A program made the position numbers and the translations under genes. From Dendrobates tinctorius (taxonomy: Eukaryota): 64,000 nt of DNA. The stretch covers positions 22,568,001 to 22,632,000 of the forward strand of contig NW_027361797.1 in assembly GCF_039654945.1 (NCBI RefSeq), given 5' to 3'. Positions 1 through 12,115 of the stretch are shown piece after piece (position 1 is the stretch's first letter; each line of letters opens with the position of its first letter). The notes below the pieces were generated by a model. That model did no database searches, was not told the DNA's origin, and saw only the letters and a program-made list of their open reading frames with translations.

Positions 1-2893
1 GAGTGCGGAAAGTGTGGGGCATTTGCTTTCTGTCGTGACATCGGCACAGAGAGGGTCTGCGGCTATAGCGGGTCTTCAGGATGTGAATGGGCGACTGCTC
101 ACTGACGCACCGGGGATTTTAAAAATTCTAGAGATTTTTTATGCTGACTTGTATTCCTCACATGCTAGGGCCCCGACAGAGGATGTTGTTTACTTTTTGG
201 AGGCTGCCAATCTCCCAAGGTTGACTCCTGAGGACAGACGCTCTCTAGATAGACCTCTAAGTCTGGACGAGTTGGAGGAGGCTCTGGGAACCATGTCCAA
301 TGGTAAGGCACCTGGGGTAGATGGGTTGCCAGCTGAGGTATACAAACGGTATAGAACGGTATTGCTCCCTGCTCTATTGACGGTGTTTAATGATAGTCTG
401 GAACGGGGTGCTCTCCCACCGTCTATGCGAGAAGCTGTCATTGCCGTACTGTTGAAAAAGGATAAGGACCCAACTCTGCCTGCGTCGTATAGGCCCATCT
501 CCCTGTTGACGCTAGACATTAAACTTTTAGCGAAGGTCCTGGCCATTCGACTCTCAAAGGTAGTAGCTGTGTTGATACACCCCGACCAGACGGGGTTTAT
601 GCCCAACAAATCGACGGCTATGAATATTAGGAGATTATATCTGAATATGCAGGTGAGGGCTGATAATGCCGGGAAGAGGGTGGTTCTGTCCCTAGACGCC
701 GCTAAGGCATTTGATAGTTTGGAGTGGGACTATCTATGGGCGACGCTTCACTGTATGGGCTTTGGCCCGGGCTTTATTGGCTGGGTCAGGCTCTTATACT
801 CGGAGCCGAGCGCTCGGCTGAGGGCTAATGGTCAGTTGTCTAATCCTTTTTCGCTTCATAGAGGAACAAGACAGGGATGTCCTTTATCCCCGCTGCTGTT
901 TGCTCTCGCGGTGGAGCCATTGGCTTCCAGGATAAGATTGGATACTGGCATAGAGGGATTCCGGTATGGGGAGCATGAGGAGAAGGTAGCACTATATGCG
1001 GATGACCTGTTGTTATTTTTAGCGGACGCGGACAGATCATTACAAAACACGATGACACTTCTTGGGGTATTTGGGAAGGTCTCGGGTCTGGTTATTAACT
1101 GGGAGAAGTCTGCGCTCCTCCCATTGGACTCAAGCTCCTGCAGTGTGGTAGGTGTGCCGGTTGCAACGTCCCTTCAATATTTGGGCATAAAAATATCCAA
1201 TAAGCTGACAGACTATGAGAGTCTAAATCTTGTCCCGTTGTTGGACAGGATCAAACAGAAGGTTAAGGCCTGGGCAAAGTTACACCTCTCTGTAGTGGGA
1301 AGAGTGAATCTGTTGAAGATGGTAGTTATGCCGCAACTCTTATATGTCCTTCATAATTCCCCTGTCTGGCTTCCTCAGAACAGGTTTCATAAAATTAATA
1401 TGATTTTTAGAGAGCTCGTTTGGCTGAAACAAGGCGCGAGAATTAAACTTGAACACTTGCAAAAACCTAAGGATGAGGGGGGACTTGCGTTGCCCAACCC
1501 ATGGCTTTATTTTTTGTCTTCCCAGTGCCAGCATGTAGCAGGAGGGATGGAGGGCGAGTTGGCGGATTTGGTGGGAGGTCAGAAGATCCTTCAATTTCTA
1601 GTGGGACGGGGATCACTGGTGTCGAGTCTGGAGTCGGGTAGATTTCGATCCCTTGCATTCAGGTTTCCTACGGTGCTTCTAATGGTTAGAGTATGGGATA
1701 AGCTGAGGCAGCTGAGAGGAATACGTGGTCTTACAAAGTACTCTCCCATATGGGACAATCTGCATTTGCCATGTATGAAAACGCTCAGAGGCTTTGCTCA
1801 CTGGAGGCGGATTGGCATATGGTGGGTGTCGCAGCTGGTGGAGGGAGGGGTTTTTAAAACTTTCGAGCAATTGGGACGGGAATTTCCCCTCCAACGCTCT
1901 GTTTTATCAATATTTGCAGCTGCGTCACTCGTATATGGTGCAGAGCAAAAAAGTTGACCTAACCATACACCACGACGTCCTTATCCATAGGCTCGGTATG
2001 CAGGGGTCCACCAGAGGACTGATTTCAATGGTGTATGGTGGCTTACTTGGACAGGTCCTGTCAAGGCATCCTATTAGCGCACTGATAAAGTGGGAACAAC
2101 AGCTGGGTACGATATCAGCGGAGCAGTGGGACTCGATTCTACAGATGATTCCCAGATTGTCTCTTAGTGAGCCTGGCCGCCTGTCTCAGCTATATGTCCT
2201 CTATAGGACATACAGGTCTCCCGAATGGTTGTTCAATAGAGGGTTGCGGTCGAATTCAAGGCGCCCCAAGTGCACGACAGATAATGCGGACATTTTACAT
2301 ATGATGTGGACATGCTCTTGCCTGCAGATATTTTGGATCGTGGTCCTTGGCCTTATACACTTGGTCACGGGACAGGATATTCCCAGGGACCCCATGATTT
2401 GTGTTCTGGGTTATGTTGATGAGGTGGGAGGGGATCAATACCTTAAAATTGCTGTGGCCAGAATGCTATTTGTGGCCCGAAAGCTGATAGCTTATCACTG
2501 GATTTCTGCCAAAATCCCCTCAAGAAAAGAATATATTAATAGGTTGAACCAAATATTATATAGGGAAAAGTCTGTGTACCTTAGGAGGGGTGTGCCGCAT
2601 ATTTTTGGGAAAATATGGGAGGGATGGTTGGAGATTCCCAGCCTGGCTGCCTCGAATCTTCTGGATTAGTGGGTGGGCCCTGGAGGTGGTCTCCTGTCGG
2701 TTGTTAATCGCCTTTTCTCATATGATATGGTTGTGTGATACAATTGGGTTTATTCGCTATGTACCAGTCCATGCCATCGGACAAAGGGAGGGGGGTGTTA
2801 TGGGGGAAGGGAATGTTTGACAACATGTTGTAAGTTGTACATGCCTGTCATTTCAAAAACTTTTAATAAAAACTATCTGATTAAAAAAAAAAA
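1..2893 (+). mobile_element. L1-clade LINE, 3' part: ORF2 reverse transcriptase and C-terminus (frameshifted near 1890), 3' UTR and poly(A); 5' end lies outside the window
   Basis: ORF 14..1957 has the RT motifs YRPISLL, HPDQTGF, SLDAAKAFD, GTRQGCPLSPLLF, LYADD and YLGI. ORF 1794..2669 continues in another frame with a degenerate CCHC knuckle (RPKC..HMMWTC). G-rich 3' UTR, AATAAA at 2865-2870, A-run from 2883. Confidence 0.95.
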
Positions 2894-3165
2894 TAAAAAT
2901 AAAAAATATTGTTCTTCTCCCCTTCTGACATCCCGTGCAGCCTTCCCGCCTCTCTCCACGCTCCCGGTCCCAGTAAGACTTTGCGAGCGATGACGTCCAT
3001 TCTCGCGGGATCGCAAAGTCTCGCGGTCATTCGCGCGACGAATGACCGCGAGACGTCGCGATCCCGCGAGAACGGACGTCATTGCGGTAATTGTCGCAAA
3101 GGATTACTGGGACCGGGAGCGTGGAGAGAGGCGGGAAGGCTGCGCGGGACGTCGGAAGGTGAGAA

Positions 3166-3238
<73 letters not shown>

Positions 3239-3540
3239 TTATTATTATTTACATTCTATCTTTTACTATTGATGCCGCATAGGCCGCCTCAATAGTAAAA
3301 AGTTGGTCACACTCGTCAAACACTATGTTTGACGTGTGACCAACCTGTCAATCAGTTCTTCAAGTGATGCTACAGATCGCTTGGAAAACGCTAGCAATTC
3401 TGCAAGCTAATTACACTTGCAAAATGCTAGTTTTTCAGTGGGAAAATCGCGGGAATTTAAAATGCGATTTTCCCACGCATTGGAATTCCGGAATTCTCGC
3501 GGTAATTTCCCCGAGAGTTCCGCTACATGTGAACCCAGCC
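2894..3540 (+). mobile_element. PIF/Harbinger-like MITE, right part (interrupted by the L1)
   Basis: Closely matches 41370-41944. Ends in ATGTGAACCCAGCC followed by TAA. Internal CpG-rich palindrome at about 2910-3170. Confidence 0.85.
3170..3230. repeat. (TA)n microsatellite
   Basis: About 30 perfect TA units; absent from the sister MITE copy at about 41630. Confidence 0.97.
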
Positions 3541-4213
3541 TAAGGCTATTAACCATGGTTAATTATTATTTGACTTTAAACCTGCAATTTACAAGTCTAC
3601 ATTCAGAAATGCTGCTCGGAATTCTTCTGAAGTATTCTGACCATTACATAGAAAATATGCTGTAATTCATAGTTTCTTTCTTAGTTTTTTTTTTATGCAA
3701 GTTCTTTCATTATATTTCATAGTCTTCACACTGAGACAACATCATGGTTTAGGCATCCGTCACTTTCTCCTTCCTCTCGGGCCTCCTATCATGGAGTGTT
3801 AATGTTGATCATTATACACAGGGAGCTGGATTACACTCTGTTGCTCTTCTGCTACCATAGGATTAGTAGAAAATATTTCTCTTGGGAGAATCTAAACCAA
3901 GAAGGTAGATAGTTGAGAAGATCAAGTGAAAGATGTTATTATGGAAAAAAAGAATTGTAGACTTTCTGAAAGCATCAAACTGGTTTATCGGAGACCAGAT
4001 TAATGATTAAGGCTTAAAGTGAACCTCTGGTTACAGCTCAGATACTGTGATAGGGCATGTAAAAATATTTAATAGAGACTTTTATGCCCCTTCAGGTCTC
4101 ATCAGCCTCCCTCTACTTTGTTTGATTGTCTATAGACTGCATTGCATTCTGATTGTCTCTCTTCCTATTTCTAATGGGAGCAAAAGTAGTGATGTTTATA
4201 GTTCTAGGTGGGG

Positions 4214-4457
4214 ATAATAATCTTTATTTTTATATAGCGGTAACATATTCCGCAGCGCTTTACAGTTATGCTCACAATCTAAATTCCCTATCAGTATGAC
4301 TTTGGAGTGTGGGAGGAAACCGGAGTGCCCGGTGGAAACCCACGCAAACACGGGGAGAACATACAAACTCCTTGCAGATGTTGTCCTTGGTGCGATTCAA
4401 ACCCAGGACTCCAGCGCTGCAAGGCTGCAGCGCTAACCACTGAGCCACCTTGCTGCC
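4214..4457 (-). mobile_element. tRNA-derived SINE (V-SINE-like)
   Basis: Minus strand starts GGCAGCAAGGTGGCTCAGTGGTTAGC (A box) and has GGGTTTGAATC (B-box-like). Central TTCTCCCCGTGTTTGCGTGGGTTTCC...CCGGTTTCCTCCCAC V-type core and a LINE-like tail ending in (ATT)n. Confidence 0.85.
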
Positions 4458-4458
4458 C

Positions 4459-4850
4459 AGCAGCATGGACTTGTGAAGGTCATAGTAATAGGTCAGCATC
4501 ACAGAGTAAAGGACCTGTGAAGGTCCATACATAGTGACATGTGGAGATCACAGAGCATGGACTCGTGAAAGGTTTTATAGGTGGCGATGAGAGAACATGG
4601 ACCCTTGAAGATCATATTGATATGTGAGCATGGACTCATGAAGTTCATAGTGATAGGTGGGGATCACAGACCATGGAATTGTGAAGGTTATATTTATAGG
4701 TTGGGATCACCAGAGCATGGACCCTTGGAGGTCATAATGATAAGTTGGGTTCACAGGTCATGGGCCCTTGAAGGTCATAGTGACAGGTGGGGATAACAGA
4801 ACATGGACCCTTGAAGGTCCTAGTGATAGGTGGGGATAACAGAACATGGA
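4459..4850. repeat. Minisatellite, ~42 bp unit, ~9 degenerate copies
   Basis: Recurring CAGAGCATGGACCCTTGAAGGTCATAGTGATAGGTGGGGATCA-like unit. Confidence 0.9.
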
Positions 4851-5235
4851 TCCTTTCTGTACTTATGAGAGGTCTCAGTGCTCTAGTTAGAGGCTTTACT
4901 ATTTTATAATTCGTGTGTAAGTGTTAGCTCTGCCTTTTTATAGTATTGAAATAAAGGTCTGTAACTAGTAGGGGGGTCTCTTTAATTTGTTTTTTTGACT
5001 ACTAGTGGGTTACTTGAAGTGTAACATTTCTTCCTCCCCCAGTTTCAGCAAGAAGTTTTATTCCCATGATGCCATATTTCGATTCTAAGCTATAATAAAG
5101 CGTATTTACAGGCCTAAAGCTGAAACATGGCATCACAGGAATGAAACTTTGTGCTGAAGCTGCAAATTCTACTGAATGTTGCTTCACCTTTTGTTTATGT
5201 AATGAGATCCTATAGAAAATCTTAAAAATAGGGCA

Positions 5236-6364
5236 ATATTCAGAATTGAGAGTCCTCAGTGGTTGATACCTTTTAATGGCTAACTGAAAAGATGGTAACA
5301 CATTGCAAGCTTTCGAGACTACTCAGGTCTCTTCTTCAGGCTAGACTAATACAAAATCTGAAGAGTCACATATTTATGCACAATACAACACAGAAAAAAT
5401 GCAATGGATAAGACAAGTGACGTGAAGCAGAACTATCAATATGTGAGAGGAGAAACTTAAATATTGGACCAGTACATAGATAAGGAGTCCGCATGTTTTA
5501 TAGTCCTCTGATTGGGGTCTCCTAATGTGTTGTGATGCTCCCACCAGGTCTTGAAAGCAAATTCCTTAATTGATGTAAAAAGACATAAATCCATGCGACA
5601 CATTCATTCCAGCACTGAGAGTGTCAAAGGTAGTCATAAATTTTTACTCCCAAACACGTCTCTCTCTGAGATGTGAAGTTACCTTTCAATACCAGTAATT
5701 TCATATCCATGTTGCTGTGATCAGGGGGAGACAGGGCAAAAGCTTAGAACAAGGATGAATGCTCATCGTCACACAAAAGAGAAAAAAGAATGGATCTACC
5801 TGTGGCAAAACATTTTTATATCCCTGATCACAGCAACATGGATATGAAATTACTGGTATTGAAAGGTAACTTCACATCTCAGAGAGAGAGACGTGTTTGG
5901 GAGTATAAATTTATGACGACCTTTGACACTGTCAGTGCTGGAATGAATGTGTCGCATGGATTTATGTCTTTTTACATCAATTAAGGAATTTGCTTTCAAG
6001 ACCTGGTGGGGGCATCACAACACATTAGGAGACCCCAATCAGAGGACTATAAAACATCCGGACTCCTTATCTATGTACTGGTCCAATATTTATGTTTCTC
6101 CCTCTCACATATTGATAGTTCTGCTTCACGTCACTTGTCTTATCCATTGCATTTTTTCGGTGTTGTATTGTGCATAAATATGTGACTCTTCAGATTTTGT
6201 ATTAGTCTAGCCTGAAGAAGAGACCTGAGTAGTCTCGAAAGCTTGCAATGTGTTACCATCTTTTCAGTTAGCCATTACAAGGTATCAACCACTGAGGACT
6301 CTCAATTCTGAATATTTTTCTTTCTACTGGCTAACACGGTACAAAGATATACATCTTTCCTGTA
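5236..6364 (+). mobile_element. Penelope-like element, 5'-truncated fold-back insertion with a GIY-YIG endonuclease C-terminal remnant
   Basis: Arms 5235-5726 and 5822-6316 are near-perfect inverted repeats. Translation GETGQKLRTRMNAHRH...LPVAKHF...H...RERRVWEYKFMTTFDTVSAGMN resembles a PLE GIY-YIG domain. 13-bp TSD TAAAAATAGGGCA at 5223-5235 and 6365-6377. Confidence 0.9.
6208..6246 (+). ncRNA. Minimal type I hammerhead ribozyme-like motif in the PLE (mirror copy on the - strand at about 5304-5343)
   Basis: CTGAAGA-A-GAGAC(CTGAGTA)GTCTC-GAAA-GCTT: conserved core, 5-bp stem II, palindromic AAGCTT stem III; stem I is very short. Confidence 0.65.
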
Positions 6365-7162
6365 TAAAAATAGGGCACAACTCCAACATGACCAACGTAA
6401 ACAATCTACAATGCACATGAAGTCACAGTCCAGAATGAACGTGCGCACTGAGATATATGCGTAACTTTGTTATATGTTTATGGTGATTCCTGTAGTACAG
6501 GTCATGTTTTATTCTCGTGTTTTATGACCACAGACCATATTATACCTGAAGCTGCATCTCTTACACTGGTTATATCCTGAGCACAATCTAATATACTTTT
6601 GTTTAGGTTCCAATCACATCCCATTCACAGTACACAGTTATGAAATGAACATATTAACTGTAGATGCAGAGAATTGTGGATCCATCAGCTCATTAACTAT
6701 TTCCATGTTGCAACCAAATTTGTTTTCATGTAGGGCAAATATTAGCTGAAAGGAAGGGAAAACCACATGAAAAGGCACTGGGGCAGATTCATCAAAGCTT
6801 TTATGCCAGAAAACTGGTGTAAGAGTTTTCAAAATGCACAAAACTAGCTTCTATGCAATGGGAGTTTGTGCAAAAAAAATGTTGACTTCAGGAGTCTTTT
6901 TCACCAGTTTGACTCCACTCCACCTAAAAAGGAAGAGTCGTGGCGGGACAAGGCAGGCCCGTCAGATTAGTCAAAAATATTGGCACTTTGTAAGCCAGAA
7001 ATGCTACGTCAGCATTTACCAAATTTATGGCTCACTTTAAAGAGTGCTTTGTGGCAGATTTCTTCCTAAAATTGTTATTTACAAGATTTATTCACAGTAA
7101 TACAAAAAAGAAGAGACAGTACAGTCAATAATAAGTCATTTGTGTCTTTTTGTATTTTCTAG

Positions 7163-7289
7163 AAATCGAAATGGTGATCATGGAAAGATCAAAAGTGGCA
7201 GAAAAGCCCATGCTGCCTGTTAAGGAGGAGAACACAACGGATGAGGAGAAGAGTGCAGCCGCCGCTGGGGCGCAGGCCGGTGAGAGCAG
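7163..7289 (+). CDS. CLEC16A: CLEC16A coding exon (about human exon 12): (E)IEMVIMERSKVAEKPMLPVKEENTTDEEKSAAAAGAQAGES(R)
   Basis: ttctAG acceptor and GTaag donor; 127 bp, phase 1 to 2. The EIEMVIMERSK and NTTDEEKSAAA motifs match CLEC16A. Confidence 0.93.
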
Positions 7290-7342
7290 GTAAGAAACGA
7301 TGAACTACTGTCGGCACACGGGCTGCAACTGTAGTAGCATCG

Positions 7343-8200
7343 GTTATTATTATGTATTTATTCCATGACTCTTTACATGTGAAAAGGGATATATAGACAA
7401 GTACAATAAACATGTGTAAGACAAGGGACACACAAGTACATAAGGAGAGGGGACCCTGCCCACGAGGGCTCACAGTCTACAGGAATGGGTGAGGATATAC
7501 TAGGAGAGGGTAGAGCGGGTCACGTGGTGGTTCAGTAGACTGAGGATCATTGCAGGCTGTAGGCTTGTCAGAACAGGTGGGTCTTCAGGTTCTTGAAGGT
7601 TTCCGTTGTTGATGAGAGTCTGATGTGTTGCGGTAGAGCGTTCCAGAGTATGGGGGAAGCACGGGAGAAGTCTTGTATGCGGTTATGGGAAGAAGAGGTA
7701 AGGGGGGATTAGAGAAGGAGATCTTGAGAGGATTGAAGGTTGCGTTTGGCTAGGTATCGGGAGACCATGTCACAGATGTATGGAGGAGACAGGTTGTGGA
7801 TGGCTTTGTATGTCATGGTTAGGGTTTTGAACTGGAGCCTCTTGGCATTAGGAAGCCAGTGAAGGGCCTGGCATAGGGGGGAAGCTGGGGAATAGCGGGG
7901 AGACAGGTGGATTAGTCGGGCAGCAGAGTGTAGGATGGACTGGAGTGGTGCCAGAGCGCTAGAGGGGAGGCCACAGAGTAGGAGGTTGCAGTAGTCGATA
8001 CGGGAGATAAGAGTGTGCACTAGTGTTTTTGTGGTTTCATGGTTGAGGAATGTGCGGATCCGGGAAATATTTTTGAGTTTGAGGCGGCAGGAGGAGGCGA
8101 GGGCTTGGATATGTGGTTTGAAAGAGAGAGTGCAGATTCGAGGATCACCCCAAGGCACCGAGCGTGCGGGACTGGGTGGTAGTGGTTAGTGATAAAGCCC
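7343..8200 (-). mobile_element. L2-clade LINE 3' fragment
   Basis: ORF 7709..8158(-) LSFKPHI...LKNISRIR.FL...TKTLVHTLISRIDYCN.LL.GLP...LQSILHSAARLI is the typical L2 RT C-terminus; (TAA)n tail at about 7343. Confidence 0.88.
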
Positions 8201-8427
8201 CTTTTATAGGTTGGACGTGGCAAGCTGGTGCAGAAGGTGGCCATTACACATTGGCAAATGTAATTTTTTTTTTTCCTTGTTCGTTTTCTTTTCTCCAGCT
8301 TTAAACAAGCAATGCTAACACAAGTCTACATTTATGTGTGATCTCCACTTCTTTTTGCTTTTTTGTTTCCTCGTCAAGAGCCGTGCATTTATACTGTGTG
8401 TTTAATAAATGACTGTAATGGTATTTA

Positions 8428-9300
8428 CAGGGAATCAGTCAGTAGGGTGACCCCTCTTAAGCCGCCTGTAAGGGCAAGTAAGTCATAGGGAGCTGAATAA
8501 AATAACTTGATATCTGCAATCAGATGTCTTATTGCAGACAAATCTGTGTTTTTCTTAATATGTAAATATTCTGATCTATGGGCCGGACATGGAGAATGTT
8601 CCTCCAGAGCTTATTTTAAATAAAAGGGAGTGTTACCAGATTGAGACATGTAATGACTGACAGTCTGCTCTCCTGACCTACATAGATTCTTAGGAGTAAA
8701 TTCTTGGACTTTAGGTGCGCTGCCAGACAAATTCCATAGCCACACAAGGTTAAAAAAATTAACCCTTTATTCCCTACGCGTTTCGAAGCATAACACTTCT
8801 TTAGGGGTTGACATTAATTTTTTTAACCTTGTGTGGCTGTGGAATTTGTCTGGCAGCGCACCTAAAGTCCAAGAATTTACTCCTAAGAATCTTTGTTGCT
8901 GTCAACGTTGTGGACCGTTGGACGTGCAGCAGGCTGACATACTGATTATACAGGCTTTACTCTCTCTTGGAAAGGGTGAGTATAAATACCTTTTAATTCA
9001 TACGTTTTACCCAGATAAGACCCTATTGCGCTCTTGTCTCAACCTTTTAGTGTATACATCTCCTGACCTACATGTCTCACACTGGTAACTCCTTTCATTT
9101 AAAATAAACTCTGGAGGCCGATTCTCAGAGATCTATGTCCGGCCCATAGATCTTAACGGCTCATTTACATATAAAATAAAAACATGAATTTGGGAATAAG
9201 ACATCAGATCGCAGATAACAAGGTATCATTCTGTTTGACTTTGTCACCTGCATGCCCATATAGACAATTTAGGAGGGTTGATCCTACTGATGGGTGCCTT
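8428..9300. mobile_element. Degenerate TTAA-type (T2/Kolobok-like) MITE hosting a PLE insertion
   Basis: Starts AGGGAATCAGTCAGTAGG and ends ...GATCCTACTGATGGGTGCCT; the arms are inverted; similar to 17620-18040 and 36711-37383. Confidence 0.65.
8684..9058 (+). mobile_element. Non-coding PLE-type fold-back insertion
   Basis: 15-bp TSD TCTCCTGACCTACAT (8669-8683, 9059-9073); arms 8684-8762 and 8813-8892; hammerhead-like motif on the - strand at 8772-8807. Confidence 0.8.
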
Positions 9301-10744
9301 ATTAAAGGAAATGTCGACTATGAAAACGCTATCCAATCTAATAGTGTCATGTTTTAGAGCAGGATGAGCCATGTAGATTGATTTATAATTCTATTTAAAA
9401 AGATTCAGTATGATTTGGAAGAAGAAAATGAGCTACATACAGTAGGTCATGTGCACTAAACCAGGCTTAGAAATTGTTCACTTCTTTTATTGGAAAAGTA
9501 AATGAGTATAAACCATGTCCAAAAACGCTTAAAAAGTGCATATACGGCACATATCATGTAAACCATGAAACCAGTCACCCTGATAAGCTACTTCATTCTA
9601 CCCCCCACCCTTTATAAATGATTGATCCTTGCAAAAGTAACAAGGTGTCCAAAATTCAAAACGCTACTAAAAAGTGCACTTATACAACAGAAAATAAGTA
9701 AACCATAAATAAACAGCAACCCGGTATAATAATATATGCCCTAATGGATTGTTTACAGTGTAACATGCCACAAAATGTAATGGCATAATATATGTGATAC
9801 CAAGGAGTGGTGCGCCCAAAGGTAAGGGGGTGTGGAAAGCCCCTGTATTGCTTCCTCCTGGGTGAAAAGAACGCTTCAAAGCCTTAAATACATAATATGT
9901 TTAATAGAAAGAAAAATGTATTTAATCTGCAACCTTAGGCTGGTTTCACACTAGCGTTCGGCAGCGCTGCGGAGGGCTGCGTAGTTCCTCCGTTAAGTCC
10001 CGCCCACTGCCGCACCTCTTCCTTCAGCTCCGCCTACATCTGCATGCGTCCTGCGTACCCTATCTTTAACATTGGGTACGCAGGCCATGCGGTTATATGT
10101 GGATGCCTTTCCATGCGTCGCTTTTTGAAATGCAACAAAAATGTGACAAGTCTGCAACATGTGCACAGGCTCTAATAGATAAATGAGAAAAAGTCTTGCT
10201 TTAGATATAGAGATTTCTATCAGTATGTTACACTTGTGACGGAGTATTTTCCCCCATACTGTATATCAGGTCGAGACCAGATGGCAAATTCCCTTTAACA
10301 GCGCACACATGGTACGGTAAAGTCTGGCGCTTATAATTCTGGTTCTTATCTCATCATATTACTATTTTGAGATACTCGGAGCTACTGATCACTGAAGAGT
10401 TCCATGTGTTATGCGGTTATCCTCCAGTTATAGATCACTATTGCACAGCTCTGCTCATGTAACAATTTCCTGCTCCAATACACTCAAGTAACTAGGAACA
10501 ACTTTTGCAAAACACCTGTTTTCCCATTCATTTCCCTTGTAAGAATTGCACAACTGTTGCATGTTCGGCCAAACAAATGAGTAACGTTGTAAACATTGAA
10601 TATCTCCTGCCAGGAGGATCCTTCCATAGTGTCCACTAGGCCTCCCTCTTGTGGGATTACTACAAACAGCAGCTTGAGCACGTCTGCATAGTCGGGCACA
10701 GATGGTTACACAGGATACATAGGGTTTATCTCTACATACACTTG

Positions 10745-11130
10745 GTTTTCCAGACCTTATCTTGACCTCCACTTCTTCCTGGTAACTGCCATTTCTTAAT
10801 TACACTTCAAGCTGAGGAAAGGGCAACCTGAAAACGCTTTGCTATCTTCTTACAGCCTTCTCCTGCTTTGTGGGCCTCCACCATTTTCATTTTCAGAGTG
10901 CTAGGCAGCTGCTTAGAAGAACCCATGGCTGCTGTTTTTTGGCACAAGGTTAGAGGAGGCTGGGTTTTTATAAAGCTTGAAAATTTGCATCACCTGGCCT
11001 TGCCTAGCGATGATGGTGAACAAGCCATAACCCTAACAGGCTAGTTAAGGTCTGACACCTTCATCAAAGTTACCTGAGAACACAAATCTACAAGGGAGCC
11101 CAAACTTATGCATCTTTCCCATTTTCCTTT
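10745..11130 (-). mobile_element. Tc1 transposon 5' fragment
   Basis: Minus strand from ATG at about 10927 reads MGSSKQLPSTLKMKMVEAHKAGEGCKKIAKRFQVALSSA*SVIKKWQ, a Tc1 paired-like N-terminus. Confidence 0.8.
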
Positions 11131-11280
11131 TTGTAGTATGTGTGACGTAAGGTCATACTAAGCCGTGCACACTGTTTATTTTATATTTCCGTACTTTGTC
11201 AGTCTAAAATGCATTTTTTTGTTATGTCCTGAATTCCACATCTTGTTGCTGAGACTTTGTAAACCTTGTGTCTTCCGTAG

Positions 11281-11381
11281 GCCTTTCCTGGACCTGGTTT
11301 ACAGTACGCTGGAGTGCACAGATGACGATTACTATACGCTATTTGTCTTGTGTCTGCTTTATGCCAAGTCCCATAATAATG
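11281..11381 (+). CDS. CLEC16A: CLEC16A coding exon (about exon 13): (R)PFLDLVYSTLECTDDDYYTLFVLCLLYAKSHNN(G)
   Basis: ccgtAG / GTaagt; 101 bp; frame compatible with both neighbours. Confidence 0.95.
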
Positions 11382-12115
11382 GTAAGTGAAGGTATTAAAA
11401 TGATAGTGGGTTTTAGACTCTGTTCACATTTCTGATTGGACATTCGGCTGATGCAGACGGAGCCCGTGGATTACTATGGGGTCGTCTATGTTCCATTACG
11501 TGTCTGTTTATAAAACAGAAGAAATCACATGCAGAACTTTTTTTCCCATTCTAAAAACACATTACGATACTCAAAGGAAGTGTTGGCACAGCTAAACAGA
11601 ACTATAAAAAATAAAGGTCCTGTAAGCTTATGCCTAAAATGTGCATATTTTTCTGGTATCTCTCAACACACAGACGTTGAAGGTTGTCTTACGATTGTTG
11701 GGATAGGTTTCTACAAATGGCTCTGGTGGTAAACTGTTTTTGTGATTTGGTATTTGGGGGTGTTGGACGTATTTGGTTATTTGATAACAGCTTCAAACAA
11801 ACTAAGAAAAAGACTTTAGGATTTCTGTAATTATTTTAAGGTTTTAAACAATTTTTCTACAAGGGGTGTCCCTTATATAGCGGGCTCATACAGTAAAGTC
11901 AAGTAAACGTGCGAATGGGGCACTGTGATCCTACGTAACTAAGGCAAAACCATTCATTATGGTAAGCCAGAAAGCAAAGTGGTGCGAAATCAGTCCTAGT
12001 GGGTGGTAAGCGAGGGAGGAACCGACCCCAAACCAAACTTGTCCATTCTAAGAGCCAAGACCACATTCTGTGAAACCCTATTACTCAAACCAGTAATGTC
12101 AGGTATTTAAGAATG

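Noticed and set aside
2909-3295. ORFs with poly-(IY) tracts
   Set aside because: Translation of a palindromic MITE and a (TA)n microsatellite.
4380-4457. tRNA gene
   Set aside because: It has A/B boxes but continues into a V-SINE core and a LINE-like tail, so it is a SINE head.
4459-4850. CRISPR-like array
   Set aside because: The whole ~42-bp unit is repeated with no unique spacers, there are no cas genes, and the context is a vertebrate intron; it is a minisatellite.
9420-10225. Another PLE-type insertion plus a Harbinger fragment inside a TTAA MITE
   Set aside because: Only a weak partial TSD (TCAGTATG) and no clear ribozyme motif or arms; the boundaries are not supportable.
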